From Candidatus Bathyarchaeia archaeon (GTDB taxonomy: Archaea; Thermoproteota; Bathyarchaeia; Bathyarchaeales; DTEX01), in contig JAWBXB010000002.1 of the NCBI GenBank assembly GCA_038868075.1, positions 73,769 to 137,768 of the forward strand: DNA of 64,000 nt. The letters run 5' to 3'. The first letter of the stretch is position 1. The number at the start of each line of letters is the position of its first letter. Both the position numbers and the translations under genes were made by a program. Under the pieces are notes generated by a model, which saw only the letters and a program-made list of their open reading frames with translations, did not search any database and was not told where the DNA came from. Below are positions 59,551-64,000 of this stretch, piece after piece.

Positions 59551-60669
59551 CTATTCCACTGGCACTAAGCGCTCCTCTCCATAATCGACTATTACCCTCA
59601 TATAACCCCTCAGCTTCCGATCAACTTCAGGGTCTCCAGTATCAACTCTAAGTTTTCTCAGACCCTTCATTTTCTGCTTTGTTGCTACAATAATTATATT
59701 CTCCACGCCAACTTTACTAATGACTCTTGGGCTTATCTGCTGGTTTCCTCTACCAAATATAAAGCCCTGTCCGCCTATCGGCGTGACAACTATTTTAGCT
59801 CTCCTATTATCTATACTCTCAAGTATTTCAGCCTCATTAACGTCACGCTTTATTATCTTCCCATTAAGCAATAGATCCACTCCAAGAAGGGTTTTTTCCT
59901 CACTTAGAAGCGCTACTATTGCCCTTAACGTTGTTCCCGGACCGAGAATATATACCGTATCTGGTTCCATGATATTATCAATAAAGTGAATTGCAATTGC
60001 CGCCTGATTATGTAGTTCATCATCGGTTAATATCGTGGACTCTTTAATTCCCTGAATTATCTCGGGCTCATAGGGAACTAGTATGTATCCATATAGCCTA
60101 GATGAGAGACGACCCTCCCTAAAAGATTCCTCATCAACATCCATAACTTCAGCTTCTCTAACTGGCAACCCCTCATTAAAGAAGCGAGCGGCTAACTCTG
60201 CCGCAGCCTCCGGATTAATTGCAAAGACTGCACTGTGCATCTTCACACCGCTTGGAACCCCAAGTACTGGCAGATTTAATCCGACAACATCCATAATATC
60301 TCTTGCAGTTCCATCTCCACCACAGAATACGAGCAAATTAATCTTCTCCTCCATCATTCTTTTAGCGATTTCTTTCGTATCCTCAGATGTCGTCTCATTC
60401 TTTCTCTGACCTATGGTGGTATGCTCAAGACCTACGTTTTGAGCCTCAAATTCCCCCATCCAGCCTGCTCCAACAAGAAGGTTAATCTCTTTACTTAAGT
60501 GCTTTATATGTGAGAGAAAGATTTCAGCTCTCTGCGGCGCAACTGGCTTAGCGCCCATTTTTATTGCTTTCTCTAATATTTCCTTACCATCCGTCCCTTT
60601 AAGGCCCACAGAACCCCCCATTCCAGCTATTGGATTAACAATTAACCCTAAACTTTTCTTCTTATCCAA
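59551..60669 (-). CDS. ATP-NAD kinase family protein
   Basis: NPIAGMGG.VGLKGTDG, GGDGTARD, GVKMHS, TPIGGQGF.FGRGNQQ. Confidence 0.85.
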   Translation of the reverse strand: MDKKKSLGLIVNPIAGMGGSVGLKGTDGKEILEKAIKMGAKPVAPQRAEIFLSHIKHLSKEINLLVGAGWMGEFEAQNVGLEHTTIGQRKNETTSEDTKEIAKRMMEEKINLLVFCGGDGTARDIMDVVGLNLPVLGVPSGVKMHSAVFAINPEAAAELAARFFNEGLPVREAEVMDVDEESFREGRLSSRLYGYILVPYEPEIIQGIKESTILTDDELHNQAAIAIHFIDNIMEPDTVYILGPGTTLRAIVALLSEEKTLLGVDLLLNGKIIKRDVNEAEILESIDNRRAKIVVTPIGGQGFIFGRGNQQISPRVISKVGVENIIIVATKQKMKGLRKLRVDTGDPEVDRKLRGYMRVIVDYGEERLVPVE

Positions 60670-61428
60670 GATGATGCTTCACCACATTCTTAGAAGTGTT
60701 ATATTCCCCTATAGGCTTGAAATATTTAAGTCTCTCTGCCTTGGACAAAAATGGTTAAAAAATATTCAATCGCCGATTTTATAAAAGAGGAGAGAAAATC
60801 AGATATTTTTGGACCAAAATTAAATCCTTAAATTAAAAGGTCTTGAACACCAATACTTGAGAATTTCTCAGATATGGAAGGGTTATAAATATTGGTGATT
60901 TTCATCATTATTCTCCAATATATATAAGGTCAAGAATGGATCTTCTAAATTTTTGGAAGTTTTATTGACATAAAAATTGGCCATTAAGGTCAAAAAGGAT
61001 GTGCTTAAATCTATCTCAATTCTGGACTAATTTTATAGCTATTAAATAGCAATAATCTATATCTCCCGATGCTCTGGAAAATAATCTTTTGCGAAGATAA
61101 AAATCACAATCTCACAGCTGCATATCAACAGCTGACGTTTTTGTTTCTTATTAGTGAAGCCCAACATCCATCATTTCTAGACTAGTTGTTTTATTCTGGG
61201 GCTTCTTATACGCTAGGAAATGGACTGATTTTTTATCTCACTAAACTAGTAAGGACATGTTATCTTAATCTTTTGGATAGAATATTTATCCCATTTACAT
61301 GAAGGAACTTTGCTAAGCACTGTTTTCTCTTGGAACCTGTATCTAATTTTCAGGAGACTTCACGAAAGATATGGATGTCTAGCTTTCGGATAGGAAAAAT
61401 GTCCCATAATAGATAAAGACATTTACAG

Positions 61429-61887
61429 TTAGCATTTTATTACTTCAAGCCTTATGTTACTCTCCTCATCTTTATGGATAGAGTAATCATCAATGCTTTC
61501 TATTCTCTTGAAGACCCATTTGTAAGGGAATTTAGCCGCTAAAATAGCTAGTTTAACCAGATATATCTCAAACATATTTAAGAAATCAAATAGCTTCTTT
61601 ACTTGGTCTTTTGAGAAGTATGCTCTCTCAGCGTTCGGTGCCTTAACCTCAAAGGCTAGCACGCAATCCCCTTTAGTTGCGAAGACATCTGGCAGTGGCT
61701 CATTACTTGGCGCTGAGACTGGAACCCTAACTGACTTAAAGCCCATCTCACGGAGTCTCTTGACTAGGTCCCTCTCAGCCTGATATCCCCGCTTCTTTAT
61801 CCGCCTGATCTCCTTTACCGTTAGGATTCTACCGCGCCTACCCTTACCCTTCCGCTTACTCTTTGCGGCTAACTCTCTCAAAGACAT
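61429..61887 (-). CDS. hjc: Holliday junction resolvase Hjc
   Basis: RGYQAERDL...PDVFA...FEVK. The start is placed at ATG 61887 because the longer ORF overlaps the upstream gene. Confidence 0.85.
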   Translation of the reverse strand: MSLRELAAKSKRKGKGRRGRILTVKEIRRIKKRGYQAERDLVKRLREMGFKSVRVPVSAPSNEPLPDVFATKGDCVLAFEVKAPNAERAYFSKDQVKKLFDFLNMFEIYLVKLAILAAKFPYKWVFKRIESIDDYSIHKDEESNIRLEVIKC

Positions 61888-61919
61888 TTTCAGCACCCTT
61901 TCCCTCTTATTAGTAATTC

Positions 61920-62219
61920 CTACCTTCTTTCTTCTAGGGGTCTTATAGCCAATCTTATTAAATCCATAAGCCAATCTGAGAAGGTTCTGGCATTAGCATA
62001 CTTTTGATACTTCTTCTTATATGGAACTTTAGATATCATGTGCATCTCAAGCATCTTCCTTACGTAATATTTTGCTGTTGAGCGTGGTATGCCAGCCTCT
62101 TTCGCTAGGTCACCGCTCGTGAACACCATGCTTAGGCGCGAGTAAGCCTTTATAACTTCTGCTGGAAAGGGCATGGACGCATTCACTATCCTAATTATCT
62201 CTTCGCTTAATTGGGACAT
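61920..62219 (-). CDS. Small winged-helix protein
   Basis: FTSGDLAKEAGIPRSTAKYYVRKM HTH. Confidence 0.7.
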   Translation of the reverse strand: MSQLSEEIIRIVNASMPFPAEVIKAYSRLSMVFTSGDLAKEAGIPRSTAKYYVRKMLEMHMISKVPYKKKYQKYANARTFSDWLMDLIRLAIRPLEERR

Positions 62220-62498
62220 TTTTCAGCCCCCATTTTGGATTAAAAAAATTACCTTAAGAGAACTAATAAAACTTCCGCAAGTAGAATGAGAAAAGTAAAA
62301 CCCTTTTATATGTCAGTTTAATCTCAGAAAAATATTAAATCACCACTCTTTTTATGTCCTCATCTTCGATTTTTGGAGAGATAGCCCTTCTTCTGTTTTA
62401 TGGACTATTTAATTAACCAAGAAATTCATCTCAGGTTTAGAATTTATCGTGTCTATTTCGGTCTTATTTACTATCTATTTTATGCATTGTTAAACACG

Positions 62499-63236
62499 TC
62501 AAACGTAAATGATGTGAAAATTGTTTACTTCATTAAGGTGAACTATGATATTTTGGAGAAAGTCTCTGAGCTGTAGTACTGGGACTATCGGAGTTTTCTC
62601 ATAGAATTTTTGCTGGGCTGGTAGGAGCGACAATATTATTGGCACAAAGTATGCATGTTCCCATCCGGTAATACCAATCTTATCCCTCATTTTTCTTGAG
62701 GCCTCGGCAAGAGCTTTAGTTCTCTCAATTTGGCTTTTTGCGGCTTTAACGCTTGCAGAACCACTCCACTTCTGATGCCAATGCTTGCAATCCGCTGATA
62801 TTACAAGCGGCTTCTTAAGTCCAATTACGTCTATCTCCCATCTCTTTCTCAGCCAAGCAAAGTGGAAATTCCTCTTAACATTAAAGCCATTTGTCTCAAA
62901 GGCCAGTACGGAAAAATCCTCGAACTCAGACCACGTGAGAAGTCTAGCCACCCTTTCAATATCGGAACCTAAATTTATAGCTCTAATCGCGATTTTAAGC
63001 CGATTACCTCCACCAACAATAACCTTATCGTCCGTGAGCTCTAGGAGACCTTCGCTACGAAGTCCCTCTAAAATGTTTCTGGTCAACGAGAGCGGTATGC
63101 GGGCTTCTTCGCTTATATCCTCTACTCTAGTGTCGCTACGCTCTAGTGTTCTTTTCAGGACCGTTACTAAAACCTCTCTTCCAATAGGCATAATATGAAA
63201 TAAGTTTGACGATTTTGTTGATGTTTTTGTATCCAC
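62499..63236 (-). CDS. wHTH plus Mrr-like PD-(D/E)xK nuclease-domain protein
   Basis: N-terminal HTH; WSEFE...EIDVIG...ADCKHW. Confidence 0.75.
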   Translation of the reverse strand: MDTKTSTKSSNLFHIMPIGREVLVTVLKRTLERSDTRVEDISEEARIPLSLTRNILEGLRSEGLLELTDDKVIVGGGNRLKIAIRAINLGSDIERVARLLTWSEFEDFSVLAFETNGFNVKRNFHFAWLRKRWEIDVIGLKKPLVISADCKHWHQKWSGSASVKAAKSQIERTKALAEASRKMRDKIGITGWEHAYFVPIILSLLPAQQKFYEKTPIVPVLQLRDFLQNIIVHLNEVNNFHIIYV

Positions 63237-63237
63237 T

Positions 63238-64000
63238 CTATGCCTCTCTTATATGACCGCGTCCAAGGATGAAGTATTTTATGCTTGTTAGATGCTGGAC
63301 GCTCATGGGTCCACGTGCATGTAGCTTCTGCGTGCTTATCCCTATCTCGGCTCCAAGCCCATATTGGTTTCCATCAGTGAATCTTGTCGAGGCATTCCAG
63401 TAGACCGCTGCGGAATCAACATCCCTAATAAAGCGCAGAGCCTTATTGAAGTCTGATGTTATTATGGCGTCCGAATGCTTAGTTCCATACTTGTTTATGT
63501 GGGCTATAGCCTCATCCAATCCGCTAACAACCTTAACGCCTATTATCAAGTCCAGATACTCCGTATACCAGTCCTCCTCGGTTGCCGGCTTAACATCAGG
63601 CACAATCCTACGGGTCTCTTCGCAGCCCCTAACCTCAACACCGTGAGCGCGTAGCGCGCTGATAACCCTCGGAAGGAATATTTGGGCTATATCCTTATGG
63701 ACTAGGAGCTTCTCGGCCGCATTGCATGTTCCGGGCCTCTGGCACTTAGCATTAATAATCACCTTTATAGCCATGTCTAGGTCGGCGTCGCTCTCAACAT
63801 AGATGTGGCAGTTTCCAGTCCCAGTCTCAATTACGGGAACCCTAGCATTCTCAATCACAGCCCTAATGAGTTCGGCGCCACCCCTAGGTATAAGCACATC
63901 AACGTAATCTCTCATCTTCATGAGCTCTATGGCTGCGCTCCTATCGGTTACCGGAACAACCTGTATTGCACCGTCTGGTATGCCAGATTTAACAGCAGCA
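63238..64000 (-). CDS. proA: Gamma-glutamyl phosphate reductase, 5'-truncated by the window edge
   Basis: DVLIPRGG, ETGTGNCH, CNAAE, HSDAI, NASTRFTDG, GISTQKLHARGP. The frame is open to the window end. Confidence 0.96.
   Translation of the reverse strand, partial: AAVKSGIPDGAIQVVPVTDRSAAIELMKMRDYVDVLIPRGGAELIRAVIENARVPVIETGTGNCHIYVESDADLDMAIKVIINAKCQRPGTCNAAEKLLVHKDIAQIFLPRVISALRAHGVEVRGCEETRRIVPDVKPATEEDWYTEYLDLIIGVKVVSGLDEAIAHINKYGTKHSDAIITSDFNKALRFIRDVDSAAVYWNASTRFTDGNQYGLGAEIGISTQKLHARGPMSVQHLTSIKYFILGRGHIREA

Noticed and set aside
60670-61428. About 760-bp AT-rich intergenic gap
   Set aside because: I found no ORF, repeat array or RNA structure I could support; a six-frame tBLASTx would be needed to detect a decayed gene.

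Overview
This 64-kb window is gene-dense, AT-rich archaeal chromosome. A TACK archaeon, most likely Bathyarchaeia, is inferred from S25e, a TFE-beta/RPC34 homologue, a crenarchaeal-type DNA ligase, tetraether synthase, HdrA-MvhD, tungsten AOR and PEF-CTERM beta-helix proteins. Most of it is housekeeping (purF, pyrE, KEOPS kae1/bud32, rlmE, L40e, S25e, thiC/thiDN, dys, proA, hjc). Several features are missing from the ORF track. (1) A tRNA-Leu(CAA) split by three introns (21/22, 29/30, 37/38), each with a bulge-helix-bulge motif I could pair by hand, next to integrase debris. (2) A ~136-nt rod-like RNA candidate with its own TATA/BRE, convergent with lig, with periodic one-sided bulges; G-U pairs point to the minus strand. 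(3) A 40-aa Cren7-like zinc-finger gene. (4) An archaeosortase locus with two PEF-CTERM substrates and a catalytically degenerate GT2-GtrA fusion. (5) A divergent pair of wHTH regulators with repeated ATGGAAAA sites and a small membrane peptide gene. (6) A JAMM pseudogene missing its catalytic motif, a 17-bp perfect inverted repeat, tRNA-Glu(UUC) and rpl40e. No CRISPR array, rRNA or intact mobile element was seen. All calls come from reading motifs by eye; no database searches were run.
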